This document shows positions 1 through 15,000 of a stretch of 64,000 nucleotides of DNA, piece after piece. The notes below the pieces were generated by a model. The model was not told the origin of the DNA. It made no database searches and saw only the letters and a program-made list of their open reading frames with translations. How positions within the stretch are numbered: position 1 is the stretch's first letter; the number at the start of each line of letters is the position of its first letter. Source of the stretch: Monocercomonoides exilis PA203 (lineage: Eukaryota > Protista > Preaxostyla); assembly GCA_001643675.2 (NCBI GenBank), contig LSRY02000001.1, positions 806,001-870,000 on the forward strand, given 5' to 3'. The position numbers and the translations under genes were made by a program.

Positions 1-1
1 G

Positions 2-742
2 AGGAAGAGAGCAAGGCCAGCAGTACTAACAACGGATGCTTCAGAGCTGGGATGGGGTGCAGTATTAACAATACCGAAAGAGAACAGGGAGGAGAAAATC
101 TATGTCCACGGAAGTTGGACCCTCCAGGAGAGTGCGTTAGCGATTAACGAAAAGGAGTCCAGAGCAGTGTTGAGGACTTTAGAAAGGAAAGGAACATGGC
201 TGCAACAACAGAAGATAGACCATATTCGTCTGAGGACAGACCATATGTCCACGATGTGGACAATACAAAAGAAGAGGGGAGCGCCATCGCTCATTCCAAC
301 ACTGAGAGCAATAGAGAAGAAACTGAACAGCCTGGACATTACGATACAAACAGAATATCTCCCGTGAGAACAGAATATGGAAGCAGATGCACTCAGCAGG
401 ATGGCAAAAAAGCCGGACTATGTACTGAGTGTGGAGAAAGTCGCAGAGACATTACAAATAGTCGCACCGAGAATACTAGATACAATTTTAGAACAGATTG
501 CTCCGGTGCCCTGCGGAAGAACTTGGAGACTATCCTTCGTCAGAAGGAAGAGAGAGAGAGAAACGCAAGGAAACGAGATAGTACTAGTCCACCCGTTCAT
601 GAGGAACATCGGATCGACCTCAAAAGAGATGAGAAAAAAAGGCTGGAAGTTACCACCAGGAGAGGTTATAAGTATTGCACTGAAGAAGAAAACTTTCCAG
701 GAAGGGAACTCCTTCAAGCATGGAGAAAATACGTTGGAGTGA
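2..742 (+). pseudogene. DIRS-like retrotransposon pol fragment (RNase H plus degenerate methyltransferase-like region)
   Basis: Frame 2 reads LTTDASELGWGAV...AINEKESRAV...LRTDHMST...EYLP*EQNMEADALSR, which is the RNase H of DIRS1-type elements. TGA at 365-367 sits where Gly is expected. An overlapping ORF (196-795) is typical of DIRS. Confidence 0.8.
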
Positions 743-2219
743 AAAATATATCAGCAGCAATTTTGAGAAATCAGAAGAACGAAAGAGTTACGTAAAGAGC
801 GCTACGAAGATTTATCAAGTCTTGGACAAGTGAAGTACTGATGATACTGACCCCCTCACAACCAAAGAGGCCAAGTAGATTATCTAAGTATTTATTGAAG
901 CTCTATCCAATACAAATGTTTCAAGTGGAGAAATTAATAAAGCTGAACAAAAAGTTTTCGAGTCCATTAACATTTTCAGAGAAATTGAGACGAATGTGAA
1001 AGAAATTGATTCATCTCCTTAAACTCACGTTAGAGATAAGCCGAGAAGTGGAAAACAATTTGAATCAATGGGGGATATAACAATTATCACAAAAGGGGAA
1101 GAAATTACATATAACTGGCACATTATTTTTTTGATCATCCATTTTCAATGTTTTTTTTCGATTTCAAAAATCTGCACAAACAAACAGATTTTGAAACCAT
1201 ATTTGTAATTGCAAGTAATATGATGCAATTGCAATTTAGAAGCAAATGTTATATTTATTATCAACGTTTGTACGTCCTGAAAAAATATTTTTTTGAAATG
1301 AATTTCAATTTAAATAATACCTCAACCAAAAATGCCAGTTTTTTTCTAAATTATTAATTATTAAACAACAAATACAAAATGTCAACAATCCCTGTGAAGT
1401 TCGGTAAATTCATGATCGATGTTTTGATTAACAAATTCCATATTAAAAACTATTTGTTATTGTTCTTTCAGAAAACATCTTCAAAAAAATAAACGAACGC
1501 GATAAAAAAAGGACATTGTCGATAATTTGACGATTTTAACAAAAGTGCATCTGTTCATTTTCTTTAATGATGAATAAATATGCAATGATAAAGTTTAGCA
1601 AAAAGTTATATTATTTCAGATATTCAAGTGTTTTTATAAAATTATTGTCTTGAAACAAAATGTTTCTTTTTCCTTTATAATCTAGGTTTATATGATTAGA
1701 TTTGCTTATCAAATTGTTTCATTTGATCATGGGCATTTAGAAACTATTAACCAATGAAAAGAAGCTTTTTAAACTGTTTAACTGGTATTCTATGTATTCT
1801 TGGTTGATTTATTAAAAACATATATTCTCCTTGATTCTATTCTTATCGTTTTCATTTATTGAAACAGTCAACATGACAGTTCTTCGGAAATGTTTTATTG
1901 TTTATTGTTGTCACTTGTGTTGGAAATCGAAAATTCAAACTTTTGATAGAACAACATATTTTTTTTTATTTTGAGATTAAAATCGAATGAGAAATTTAAA
2001 GAAAAGAGGATTGAAAAAAGAGAAGATCAATGAAATTTAAATTGTTTTGAAGATTCCTTGAAATGGAACAAAGCAATTGTTTATATTTGACGAAAGGAAA
2101 ATTAATCTCCAAATAATGAAAGGATAAATGGATGAGATAGAATGAAAAAAGGATTTTTCAATTATATTTTTATTTCCGTTATTAAAAAGGTTATTATGAA
2201 TATTTGTATATAATGGATC

Positions 2220-2605
2220 CAAAGGTTTCTCTCACCAGAGGAACCTGCAGAAGTTTCAAAGATGGAAACAATAAATAAAGAGTTTGATGAAACTTTCTGT
2301 TTTTCGATGAAATTTCTGTTTTCAATTCTCATCCTTCAATTATCTGAATCAAAATATTCGTTGTCTTCAATTCCTTCGTCTTTTTCCTCTCCCAAAGCAA
2401 GAACTTCCAACAGAACAAACATATTGATTGAGACATTGTGTTTGATGAAGGCTGGATTGGAGACAAGCTTCAATTCGATTTCTCGTTTTTCTTCCGAATG
2501 TATCATTAACATCGTGGCAATCAGAGTATTTGAGGACAAAGTGTTAGAAGAAGCACGCCATTTTTCCGAACATGTTTTAGAGAGGAGAAAATGAGAGAAA
2601 GCCAA
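2220..2605 (-). pseudogene. Fragment of lineage-specific multigene family protein
   Basis: Coding-like stretch (LMIHSEEKREIELKLVSNPAF...) broken by stops. No domain can be assigned. Confidence 0.3.
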
Positions 2606-4769
2606 TTAAAAAAGCGAGTGGAGAGAGAAATAAGGAAGAAGAGGGGGAGGAGAAGAAGGAGGGAGAAAAAGTGGTCGAGCATGATATTGGGAAAAGAGTG
2701 CTAAGATGAGGAGACATATCTCTTGATAGAAATGGAGGTACGAGGAATTCAGAACACAGAAAACATGAATATAACTGAAATACCGGGATGAAGAGATTGA
2801 AGAAAGAGAACGATGAACTGAGCAAGTTGCTGAAGGAGGTATTTTGCTGTAACGAATCGAACCACTTGCAAGAGCTGATGACAAAAAAATCAATTGAAGC
2901 CAGCCTTGATGATGAATAAGATCAAAATACAAAGAAAAGGGAAAAACAGAAGGAACGCAAATAGATGGAATCACGAAAGTAAAAGCAAAAAATCCGAACA
3001 TTATTATTGTCCATCGTTTAAACCGTTTTCATTATGATTATTATCGAATTCTTCATTATGATCTTCCACATTTTTCCCATTCTTTTCTAAACACATTCAA
3101 AACTTTTCCTTCAAGAAATATTTCTTGAATGAATGAGGATATTAAAAAAGAACTGCTATTATTCCAAGTAGTGTCAGTAAATAAAAAATTTCCTGGTTTT
3201 TAAAAACTTTTATCATAATATGCGAACAAACAAAAAGCTGAAAGGAAGGTGAAGGAGAAAGAGAAGAATGAGATAATGATAAAAATGAGAAAACCTTCTC
3301 ATTTGCAATTAATATTCTCAAAAGCCAAACACATTTGCATAAAACAATAAGAATGAGATAAGAGATGAGATAGACAAAAGCACTGCAATCAATCTATTTG
3401 AACCTTTTCCAATGCAATCTGACGAAAGAATATTGTTTTCTTCTTTTTTTTCTTCAAAAAGAACTAAAATTCCTTCTCTATCATCTTCCTCTTTTTCTTC
3501 TTCTTCTTCTTCTCCTCCTCCTCCTCCTCATAATGAAGACCATCGTCTTCATCGAATCAATTTAATTCCGTGCATTACGAGTGTACACACTCTGCATTTG
3601 GCTGAGTGGTAGGATGGGAAATACTCTTTGCACTTGGGATTAGTGCTGCTGATATGTGAGTTAGTCGTAAACAACTTTTAGAAGGCAAACAAGGAGCAAG
3701 AGAAATAAGAGGGGGCATGAGGAAGCAGAGCGCACATTAAAAAAGAATATATAGACGAGCAGGTGAAAGAGGATAGGAAGCTGTCTGCAAAAAAAATAAA
3801 TTTTTTCTTCCGAAAACAATGCTTCAGAATGAATATGCGATGGAGAAACGAACCGGATGAATGAGTTGGGAAACATGAGAGATGATAGCAAACTTAACCT
3901 AGTATGTCAATCGGAAGAATACAGAAACTTCAACCTGTGTTGGCAGGTGTACAAATGTCTCACAGAAGATACCTTCAATACATAAGAATTGAAAAGGTTT
4001 AAAGAGTGAATATGATTTTAACAATTTAAACATAAATCTGATTGTAATTGCTGTTGATTTGTCAAAATGCATAAAGTCCCTTTTTGTTGGTTCATCCTAA
4101 GGAATCTTTTTTTCATTTGCTTGTTCATGCACATTCATAAAATCAATCCTATTTTTATTTTTTTATTCATTCCGTAGCAGTTCACTCCTTCCCTGATATC
4201 TTCAATCTTTTCACAAACAAATACAACTTAGAAGAAAGATAGCATTCATTCAAGAGACAATGCAGCAACATATTGCTGAAAAATGCAATTCATATAATTC
4301 CAGTTGGGTGAAAAAAATTGAAAAATCACTATTTTTTCACCTGATTTGTTCCACAAAAAATCAACGAATGTTTGCAATCAACCGTAATTTTTTCTTGTAT
4401 GATTAATTCATTTTTTTTCTCAAATATCAACATTTGACATATTTAATATTTCAGTTTTCTTCGTATATGTTATCAAACTGGTACAATTTTTAAAGTTTAT
4501 TTTTATTTTTTTCTGTTTATTAACTGCAATTCATTCAACTTGAATTTTCTTTTGCAACTTTTTTGACAAAATGAGTTTCACATATCTTTTATTTGAGATA
4601 TAACAATCATTATCTATGAAATCTCATTATGCAAATGAAACAAATTAACATTAGTTTATTATCGTGAGATTTTTAATAATGATTGAGTGTTCCAACTTTT
4701 TTTGTTCACTTTCTTGTTTGCTGTTTTCGCTCTGTTTTTGATCTTTATGTGTTTTATGCTCTCACAGAC

Positions 4770-7700
4770 TACGGAAAGAAGTTGATACATACTGCACTTC
4801 CATCGCAGATGAAGCGTGCCTGTTCGCCGTTTGGGGGCATAAGCACGCAATTGCGCTCGAAACCGTTCCGGCCTTCGAGCACAGCGAAGTTTGCTTCTGG
4901 GGCTGCAGGCGGGCAGACGAAGTTGCTGGATCGATCGTTGACCCCCATCCGGAGAGAGAATGCGATTGACACAAGTGTGTGATTTGGATATTTGTTGCTT
5001 TGTTTTTGATGAGTATGTTATCTTCTGTGGGTGTGGGGTTTTTGTGATGCGCCAGCTGTTGCAGGACTGGCCTTTGAGGAGCCTCGTGGGATGGAGGAAA
5101 TAAGGACTGGCGATTTGTGTGGCAATTCCTTTTGATGATGAAAATGTGTTTGAGTTTTGCTTTATGTATTTTTCAGGAATCCGCTTTCGCAGATTGAAGA
5201 AAGTGACAACTTCTTGAGACGGGCGAGGCTGCTAGCTTTGAGAGAAATATCGTTTGAGGTGATGGAGCGACGAGGGAGCTGCTTTATTCCGATTAAGTTA
5301 CATATGTGGAGAGAGTCGCGAGTCCGCTCTTTTTATACTCAATGGAAGGGGTGAGGCGACTGGAAAAGCTGTTTGAAGAGATGATGGAGGCAAAGGAGAT
5401 GCACCTGCCGGTGGTGAGGGAGCAGATTATGCACAACCAGATGTGCATTGATGTGACGCTTGAAGATGTGGAAGAGATGCTGGGGAATGCGGAGCAGCGA
5501 GGAAGGAGAGCTGCTGCACCAGATACGAGTGGAGCATGCACTTGTGGATGGCGAGCTGTGGAAGGAGTAAGAGGCGGGGGCACGTCAGGAAGAGCGGCAG
5601 CAGGAATAGCTGAGGAACAAGGAGGAAGACCCGGAGAGGATGAAGGCGAATGCTGGCAGACGCTTAGCAAGACGGACGGAAAGTGCGAGGGGCATGTTGT
5701 GGAGCTGGAAGTGGAGAAGGAGGGGCTGGGGCGGCAGATCCGAGAGCTGAAGGAGCAGCACGAGGAGGCGAAGCAGGAGATGGAGAAGCGGTACTCGGAG
5801 TTCAACATGCTGCTGCAGAAGATCCAGGACGACGAGCGGATCTCGAAGCGGACGAGGGGGCTGGCTGAGCAGCTGCAGGAGAAGGTCAAAATCATCCGGA
5901 TGCGGGAGAGGAAGATCCTGGAGCTGAGTGAGAAGAACAATGCAGAGGTGAAGGAGCTGCAGGAGCAGCTGGTGGCGATGAAGGAGAAGGCAGAGCTGAT
6001 TTATGTGGGGATTGAGAAGGAGAAGAAGCTGCATTCTCAGCAGGGCAGAGTGGCGAGTGAGTGCAGCGAGGGGGCAGTGTCAGGGGCAGGGGTATCGCTT
6101 GCCACACCTTCTTCGTTGTCGTCTACGGGAGGTGGGGAGGTTCAGTCTTTGGCTTTGTTGATTCTGAAGTTGGGGCTGTGTCAAAAGTGCCAGGAGAAGT
6201 TTGCAGCGAGCATCAGGGATGGCAGCGCTGTGGTGCTTGGGCCAGACACGAGCGGGAAGGGGGTTGTTGTGAAAGCGGGGAGCGGGGTGAGTGTTGTGGG
6301 CGAAGCAAACAGCAGTGGTGGAGAAGGAGGAGGAGGCGGAAGTGAGGGAACGAGATCATTGATCAGCGAGAGATCAGAGAAGAACAGTGCTGGGGCCAAT
6401 GGTGGTGATGGCGGTGGCGGTGGTGGAAGAGCCGATACAAGTGAAGAAGAAGATGATGAACAGGATGGAGAAGAAAACATAGATGCTGATTGCGCTGTCA
6501 AAAGTGCTGGAGCAGACGATAAGCGAGCAGAAGGCGCTGTATAAGGAAGTGATTGAGAAGCAGCAGACGGCGCTTGCGCAAAAGAAGCAGGAGCAGAAGA
6601 AAATGAAGAAGTTAATAAAAAGGCCGAGCAGTGACTGATTTTGCAGGTGAAGGAGCTAAAGAAACAGGTGGGACGGTGAAACTTTTGAGTGAGCATGGAA
6701 GGTGAGGTTGATGAGAAAGGGGTAACTGCGCTGTTATTGCTGGAAGTTCCAATGGCGATGGAGCGGCTGATGAGAAAAGAATCATGGTCGTAGGTGCAGG
6801 TGGTGTCAGAAACGGTGCATGTGCTTCGGATGCAGTCCAATCGGCGGTCGTCTGTGCCGACGGAGCGGCTGCTGACGTCGCTGAAGTTGGGGCTGCTGCC
6901 GTAGCTGGTGCATAAGATGTCGACGATCAGGGGGATATTCGGAGACAAGGTTGCTGCAGACGCGGGAAAGGGCAGGTGCGGGGAGGCAGGGGTTTGGGGA
7001 CTTTGTGTTCATGTGAATGTTGGAGAAACACACGGAGCAGAAGAAAAGTGAGCGGGTGCCGCAGGGGATAATCCGCGAAGTGGAGTTTTTTTGGATGAAA
7101 TTTGTGGATGTTAGGTTTTGGGGGAAGCTTGTGCCGGAGGAGTTTATGGTTGACGAGCCATTGTTTTTCCAATTCTTCTAAACGGTGCTTGAAGGAGCGT
7201 CGAAGAAGAAGTTCAATATGTTTTTGGGGGAGTTCGAAGGAATGCAGTCGAAGAAGGGGGAGGCGGATAAATCTGTGTTTCTGGGGTTTCTGCAGAACTA
7301 CTTCCGGGCAGAGGCAACGAAGCGGAAGGAGTCGATGAATGCGCTGTATGATGCGATATGCAGTGGCGATCCATCGACTTCATCATCTTCTTCATAAACA
7401 GCATCATCGTCATTGTCATCGACAGGGGCAGTGCGCAGAGGGATCACGTACTCAGAGCTGGAGTCTCTTCTGTGTGTGTGCTATCCGCAGACGCCGCAGA
7501 CGCCGCAGGCGCTGTCGCTGCGGATCTTCCGGGATGCGTACAGGCTGTCGGGCTGCAGTCTGCCGTCGTTTGCGTCTGTGCTGGAAGAGTGTCAGCAAAA
7601 TAACTTCATGATGCGCTGCTTGAAGCTGCCGGATGTGTGCGACACAACAGACCGGTGGGCTCCTCTGAAAGCGTCTGAGAAAAATGCAGCTGTGAAGACG

Positions 7701-7930
7701 GTTTATTGGCGCTGGACAACCTGGTGTGGGTGCTTTCGGTGGTGTTGGCAGGGGTGTTGGCAGGGGTGTCAGCAGGGGCATGGCTGAAACAGCGGGAGGT
7801 GGTTGTGCCGAAGGCGGTGACGAAGAAAGAATGGAGGCGAGTTCCATTCCGGATAATGCAGCTGCTGGTGGAGCTGGTAGAGCTGAAGCTAGGGAGGAAC
7901 GAGGTGCAAAGGGCCATCTGTTTTTAGATG
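4770..7930 (+). pseudogene. GC-rich coiled-coil hypothetical gene, decayed or multi-exon; main open segment 5306-6544
   Basis: GC-rich codon-like island with a 412-aa E/K/Q-rich coiled-coil ORF. Further coding-like pieces at 7185-7927 are separated by stops and frameshifts. Confidence 0.5.
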
Positions 7931-9980
7931 AAGATAGGTGACAGAAAGAATTTGGTGCAGTTTCAGTAGTCAATGGCATGTTGGCAGGAGGGAAGAGGAG
8001 CAACGTCTTTCAATGTTTTACAATTGTCTGCTTCTTCAGCTCCATACTTATAAGTTCTGAGTTCGAAAGAGATATCCATTAACAATATGTTCCTTTCTTT
8101 TGAATCAACATTATATTCGATCGATCCTTCAGTTTACCCGATCACATTTTCATCAACAACTTCAATCTCAACGAAATCGTCTTAATTTCCATATTCTTCT
8201 TTTTTTTCTTAAGTTTTCCCTCTTTTTCTTCTTTCTCTTTGTTCATCTTCAAATTTCTTTTTTTCATTCTTTTTCATCCACTTTTCTCTTTCAATCCATG
8301 TTTTTTAATAATTTTTTTTTCTTTGTTATCAAACAGAATTTGTTTTCTTTCTCTCAATTATTTGTTAGACATCTTTTTTCATCATTTCATCAATTTCTTG
8401 CTCTCGTTTTTTGCTTTACAAGATTCTTCATAAATTCCTTTCAAAATCTTCAAAAAAATATTTTTCTTTTCAAATGATTTTTATTTTTTCGGCTGCTCAT
8501 TCTTCAATGCGCCTCTTCATTTATTATCTTCCGATTTCATAAACGCACCCAACTCTCTCTCTCTCTCTTTCCACATTCCATTAGCTTTCGTTGGTATCGA
8601 ACATTCTTTTAAAAAATAACCTAATTTTAATTTAAAATAATAATTGATGAAATAATAATAATTCAGACAATTAGCAAACCAATAACTTTTTTTGTGATTA
8701 TTCTTCACAAGCTATCTTCTTCTTTTCTGCCAACAAAATCTATTTGTCACGTCTTTGCTTCGTTATTGATTCCAAAAAAAAGGACAAATCCCAACTTCTT
8801 TTTATTCTTTAACTCAAATGACTCCTATTGTTCACTTCCTAAAAATTAACAAAGAAAGCGAAAAGGCGTTGATGATGCTGATGAAGATGAAGGCAAAGAA
8901 GGATAGGAAGATGAGGAAGGTTAAGAAGAATTTTAAAAAGAATATAACTTATTGAATGTTACATGGCGAAAATGATAAAAGCTAATAAGGTTAATAAAAA
9001 AATACAATATTTAACTAAGAAAAGTTGATCGGAAGGAGTGCAACAAAAAAACAAATCTGGATAACTCATTTGAAGGTTGAAAAAATCACAGAAAACAGAA
9101 ATAACATTGAAGCAATTCTTGTTTGGTTCTGGAAGATTGTGAAGATGCAATTTGATAAATTTTACTTGTCATAGCCATTCAATGAGTTGCGGAAAATGAA
9201 ACATGGAGAAAAAGAGGTTTTATTGGTAAAGGGTTATTCGAAGGTCAGTTCAATGAAGAATAAAAGATGAAGAATTTTATTAAGTTGCAAAATTTTTAAA
9301 AACTTAAATAGTCAATTGTGAACAATTATCCAATCAAACAAAACGTTGAAGAATTTTTTTGGAAATAAAAAATAATCAAAACTATCAAGTTCACAAACTT
9401 ATATCGCTTAATGTTCCAGCACATTGTGAAAAATTACTGTTTTTCAAAAATGTCTTGTGTTGCTCTTTTTTGTCAAAAGAATGATAATGAATTATCTTTT
9501 GTTGGATAATCAAAACAATTTCATGCAACCTATTATTCATTTCGCTCATCGTTTTTCAATTTATTTTGCTGTATTTGATCTTCATTGCTTTGTTATTTTC
9601 GATGCAACATTTTCGATATAGCAGAACTTCTGTTTTTGAAAAACAATTACTTAAAAATAAGCTCTATTAATTGATCAAATATTTCCTTCTGCAGTGTTTC
9701 ATAATCGAAATATCTTCTCTTTTCGAATCAGCTGCAAACAACAAAAAGTAAAAAAAGTTTGATAGAAAGAGAGGAACAACAGAAAAAATGAAAACAAACA
9801 GTTTTCACAAGAAGTTCACTTTATATTTATGAATTTTACATTTCCGCATTTGCAAAGTTAATAAATGTTCGACAAAGTTTAGATAATTAAGTTTTTTGTA
9901 TGAAAGATGGGAAAAACCATTATCACTTCGTCAATTTGTTTGGTTTCACATCGAATTTCTATTCAGAAATAACTGAATAA

Positions 9981-11244
9981 ATGTTGTTCTCGAATCTTTC
10001 ATTATCCCGAAAAAGTGAGAAGTGCACCGATGTTTGGAACTTCATAGATGATAAATCTGGAAATCAAGTTGTAAAGATGCTGAAGTACATGTTTCTACAC
10101 ACAAGCAAAGGAAAAAAGTATTTCACAGAGATGCAGAAAATTTTTGACAGTTTGTATCAGTTAATGCATTTGAACGGATCATTATATCTTTTTATAACGG
10201 AATGAAATTAAAGAAAAATCTGAATGTATTTTATTGAGAATAGCAAGTCTATATAATTCGGAGGACAACAAGCATGTAAAAGTGGCACTGTTGAAAACAG
10301 TTTGCCATGAATATAGCTTCGATCAATTGGAGAAGTATGGATTTAATTGCACAATAGGCAATTATAAATACGCAAAACAGAGCTCCTCGAATATAAGCTT
10401 TGATGTTTCACAAGTAAAGGAACATCCAAAAAATATAAAATCAAGTTTGTGTGAATTATATCGATTTGAAACCATTTCTTTAACACTTTCTTTTATTTTC
10501 TTGAATTATTCAGAATTAAGTTTTGAAGATGAAGTGATGTTTGAAAAATTCATAATGAACAACTCCACTGAATCCTCAGAATGTTCAAGAATGAAACCTA
10601 GATGTAATAACAGTTTGCTTAAATTTACCAATTCTTCAAAAATTAACATTTTTTCACATTGAATTTTGTTTTGTTGAACTAATAAGAGAAAAACCTGCTT
10701 GAATCCTTCGACGACGATTTCACAATCTTGAACTGTGATGAATTGACTGAAAAAGACGAAGATCCACTTCATGGCTATTTCGATTCAAGCCAAGATGTTC
10801 TTCCCAATGATTCGTATTTTTCATCAGAGAACAATATTCGCATGCAAATTGAAGATGAGAGTGATAACGATCTATTGTTGGAGGTGGAGGAAATTGATGA
10901 AGAAGATTCATTAGGTTGCTGCACAAACAGAGCGAACGAAAGGAATTCATGTGTATGTGATGGAGCTGACAAAAATCAATCTTTTTCTCATTCATCGGAT
11001 ATTGAAATGGATATTGAATATCCCACAGATGAATTTTGTAATGGGACTCGTGATGATGCAAACTATTGTGATTCAAGAACTATCACCGAAGAAACTGAGG
11101 AAGTTGTTGATATTGGGGACACTCATCCTTCTTTTTAATTTTGCACATTTTCGCCTTTGCCCAACTTTGGAAACACATGTTGTCTTGCTTCCATGGTTCG
11201 ACTTTTTCGTTCAATTTATCAAAGCTGTCAGATGAAAAAGCGTT
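9981..11244 (+). pseudogene. 5' part of USP-transposase gene (Sola-like copy A): N-terminal domain, acidic linker and USP Cys box
   Basis: MLFSNLSLSRKSEKC... matches 62371 MTFSDLSESRKSQLC.... After TAA at 11136-11138 the same frame gives LPNFGNTCCLASMVRLF (catalytic Cys codon 11178-11180). This joins ORF 16638 in frame once the insertion is removed. Confidence 0.8.
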
Positions 11245-11705
11245 GGCATAGGTTCAAACGCGTTCCTTTTGCAATTTGCGTTTTTTAACCCTCAAATAAT
11301 AATGAATTAATAGATAATAATTATTTATAAACTTTTTATGGACCGATTTTTTGAAAAAAACTTTTCTTTTTGAAAAAAATGATTCTTGAAAAATGACCCA
11401 TAAAAACATGAATTTCATAAAAAATTATTCAAATTTTAAAGAAAACGTGATTTTTGGACATCCAATGTGCTTTTATTATAATATAAATTTATTTTATAAA
11501 TTTATTTACATCAAAAAAATTTAAATCATAAACAAAAAATTTAATTAATCATCTTTGATCTAACCCACAATAAAGTTTTTAATATCTGGAAAAGTTGAAT
11601 ATGCTGTTTTCGTTTAATTAGAATTCAATAGTTTGCAATCCTTTCATTTTCATATGTTAATTTAAGTATATTATTATATGCGCACTTGTTTTATATTGAA
11701 AACAG
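11245..11705 (+). repeat. Left TIR (461 bp) of family 1 copy 1
   Basis: Reverse complement of 16182-16642; same sequence as 41013-41473. Confidence 0.95.
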
Positions 11706-12061
11706 CTCTTTTTTTTCAATAAGATTACACGTGCTTTTCCACTTTAATGTTTATCGGCATGCAGATAAATGTTTCAAAATAGGTTGCAATTGAACGAAAA
11801 AGGTCCTAAATGATTCTTTTTATATTAATGAAATTTATATTGCTATTTCCCTACGAATATTTACTTGTTTTTTGATATGATAATGAATATTTATATTAGA
11901 CTCGATCAAAACATGCATTAAAGAATAAATCCTGCAAAAATAAACAATAATCACACAAAACAATTCAATATTGTATTATAAAAACAATGAACTTAATAAA
12001 AGTTTGTCATTTTAATGTTTTTTTAAAAAAAAAGAAAAATGAGATTGATTTAGCTTTTCTA

Positions 12062-15000
12062 GAGGATTTGATGTTGTAATATGTGGAAACGAGGAAGAAC
12101 CATTCCAAACGATGTGGAAATAGATGGAAAACGTGGATAAGGAGAACGGAAATAAAGCAACTTAGATTGATGGATCGACTGTTATTCGAGATTCATTCAA
12201 CATGTTCAATTATCAGATCAAAAAGGGTGTAAAGATGGGAGAAGAAGATCCAAAAGCAACTTTGAATTTTGAAAAATCAATTGGAAATCAACTGGAATAT
12301 TTCATGGTGAATTATATTCATCTTGAATTGTTGCATATCCAACTACAACCATTAACTGGATTTGACAACTCAGCCAAAACAATTATTTCAAACAAAGGAG
12401 GAGATTTGGTGATACGCGAATGTTCATTCCATTCAGAAGCAGGAGTGAACAATGGATTTGATTGTGTGTTTGTGGATATGATTGGAGGAAGTGTGGAAGT
12501 GAATGATGAAGGATCATTTTCACAAGACTGGCTTGTTGGATGTTCGAGTTCACTGACAATGAGGAGACTTTTGTATGTTGTGAAAGGTCAGTTGAAAGCA
12601 AGGAGAAGTGCATTCATTCACTCAACATCAACACTCAGTCTGACGAACTGTTCAGTCTCATTTGAGAGTGGGGAATTGATCGATGGAATGATAGAACACA
12701 GCATGATTATGATGACAGGAGGAAATCTGATTGCTGATAAATTAGTGATGGAAGGGTCAGTGATAATGAATGGGAAATCTCCAATATCGTTGAGAAATGG
12801 AGTGAAATTGGAGATATTGAAGAGCAGAATGAGTGGAGTGGAGGTGGAAGGTGGGAATGGAGGAGGAGGATGTTTGAATGTTGGGACAAGCGTTAATAGG
12901 AATGTGAAAATTGAAGAAAGCAATTTTTCATCAAGATGCTCAGGCGGAAATGGAATGAAAGGAGGAGGGATGATGATGTCTGTTGGAAGTGGAGGGAGCT
13001 TGAAGATGAAGGAAGTGAAGTTTGAAGGATGTGAAGTACCATCAGGCGAGAGTGATGAGGTGGGGAGAGGATTGGGAGGAGGGATGTTTGTTGAACTTCC
13101 CAATCAAGTGGGAGCATTTTCATTGGAGAGCATGACATTTGTTGGGTGCAATGCCTGGAAAGGGAAGAATGTGTTTGTTTCGTGATGGGATCTGAGCAAG
13201 ATTGCGAACAAGGAGCACCTGAAATGGGAAATGAATGATGAGGAGTTGGATTTATTGGATGAGTTGTGTGGATGGGAGAGGAAGACAACAGGAGAGGAAG
13301 GATATGTGATTCCACTGGTTGTGTATTTGTGGGATAATTGGAGTGGGGATGGGTTTGTTTCGAGAGAGAAAGGAGGAGACTTCAGTGGGTGTGGGTTTTC
13401 TGAAGCACCATGCTCATCGATTGACCACTTGATATCGCTGAGATATTCGACACTTGGAGAAGGAGATACACATATCAGTATTATAGGATCAGGGTTGTTG
13501 AGCCATTCCATATAATTTTCTTCTTTATTACCAAAAGTTTCACAAGATTCAGAAATGCCAAAAATTGTGATTGAAGGTACAAAGAAGGGGACAGGAGTGA
13601 CGATTAGTGATGATGATGAGAATGATCCGAATGATTCGATAATATCATCAAGTGTGAGCTTGTCACTTGTAAATATTTCATTCACAAAGCCTGCCATCAC
13701 TTCTCATCATGAAGTGTTGATTGAATCCTCTGGAACAAACACAGTTTTGTCTGTCTCTGACTGTTCATTTGGGCCAGGGAGGGGGGTGGCAGAAAGTTTT
13801 GGATATTGTTTGATGAGGGTGAATGGAGGGAGTGTTGTGATTGAGAAGAGTTCGTTGAGTTTGATTTCAGAGTTGAAAGGGTTCATTGCATTCAGCCCAA
13901 GTGCAGGTGAGGTGACTGTTCAGAATGTGAACATCTCATTTGCAGATGTTTCAGAGAGAAGCCTGATTTCTATGACAAAAGAGGAAAATCAAATGAATGG
14001 AGAAAAGAAGATTTTTTCAAATGGGAACAAACCAGTTCTGAGGGTTATTGGGTGTTCATTTGGGAACATCACAAAAGAAGGGATTGAAGCGAGTGTTATT
14101 GATGTGGGATCATTTGAGGATGGGGTGGAGTGTGTGATGGATGAGTGTTCGATGTCAAGTTGCAAGAGCGGTTTGAGTGATGAAGGAGGGGAAATGAGAG
14201 TGGTGCTGAAGAGTGGGGAGTCAGCGTTGAAAGTGAATGGGAGCTCGTTTTCGATGTGCAAGTGCTCGAGTGAGACAGGGTGTGGAGGAGGACTGTTTAT
14301 TGATGGAGCAGATCCCAATACCAATTATGCTGATGAAAGTCAAATTCCGCCTCTGAATTTCAAGATTGCGAACATCCGATTCATGATGAATGATGCGTTT
14401 GTGGGGAAGGATGTGTTCATCAAGAGCCACTCGATTGGGAAGCAGATCAATAAAACGCTGTTTATACTGGACTTCAACCAGGGGATGCTTAAGTGGAAGG
14501 ATTTGATGTGTGGGAGCGATAGAGAAGGGAAAGTTGATGTTCACCTGATGCCGCTGATCGCATTCTATTATTCTTCACAGGTGTTTGTGTGTGTAAGTGG
14601 GAGTGACAACAGGCAGTGTGGAGCACAGAGCAATCCGTGTGAGAGCATTGGAAATGCTGTGCAACACATCCAGCGAAGTGTTGTGAATATGATTTTTATT
14701 GATGGGGAAGGGATGATGGGAGAGGGATGTGTGATTGGGGATGTGAGGATGGTGTCGATTCGGAGGGAGAAGGCGACAGTGCATTTTGAGGGGAAGATGG
14801 AGGAAAGAGGAGAGGAGAGGAGCATGATGGTGTTTGTGAATGAGAGTGTGGCGGAGAGGTGTTTGTTTGTGTTTGGAGAGGCATTTGAAGGGGTTGAGGA
14901 GAGTGTTTTGAAAGAGAAGGATGGGAGATTGGAGATTTCAGAATGCTTTTTCAGCTCGTTAGCAATGGATCTTGTGATGAAGAGCATGATTCTTCATGTC

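Noticed and set aside
12383-14987. Antisense ORFs over the cargo, and their mirrors at 42667-45270
   Set aside because: Shadow ORFs of a purine-rich coding strand.
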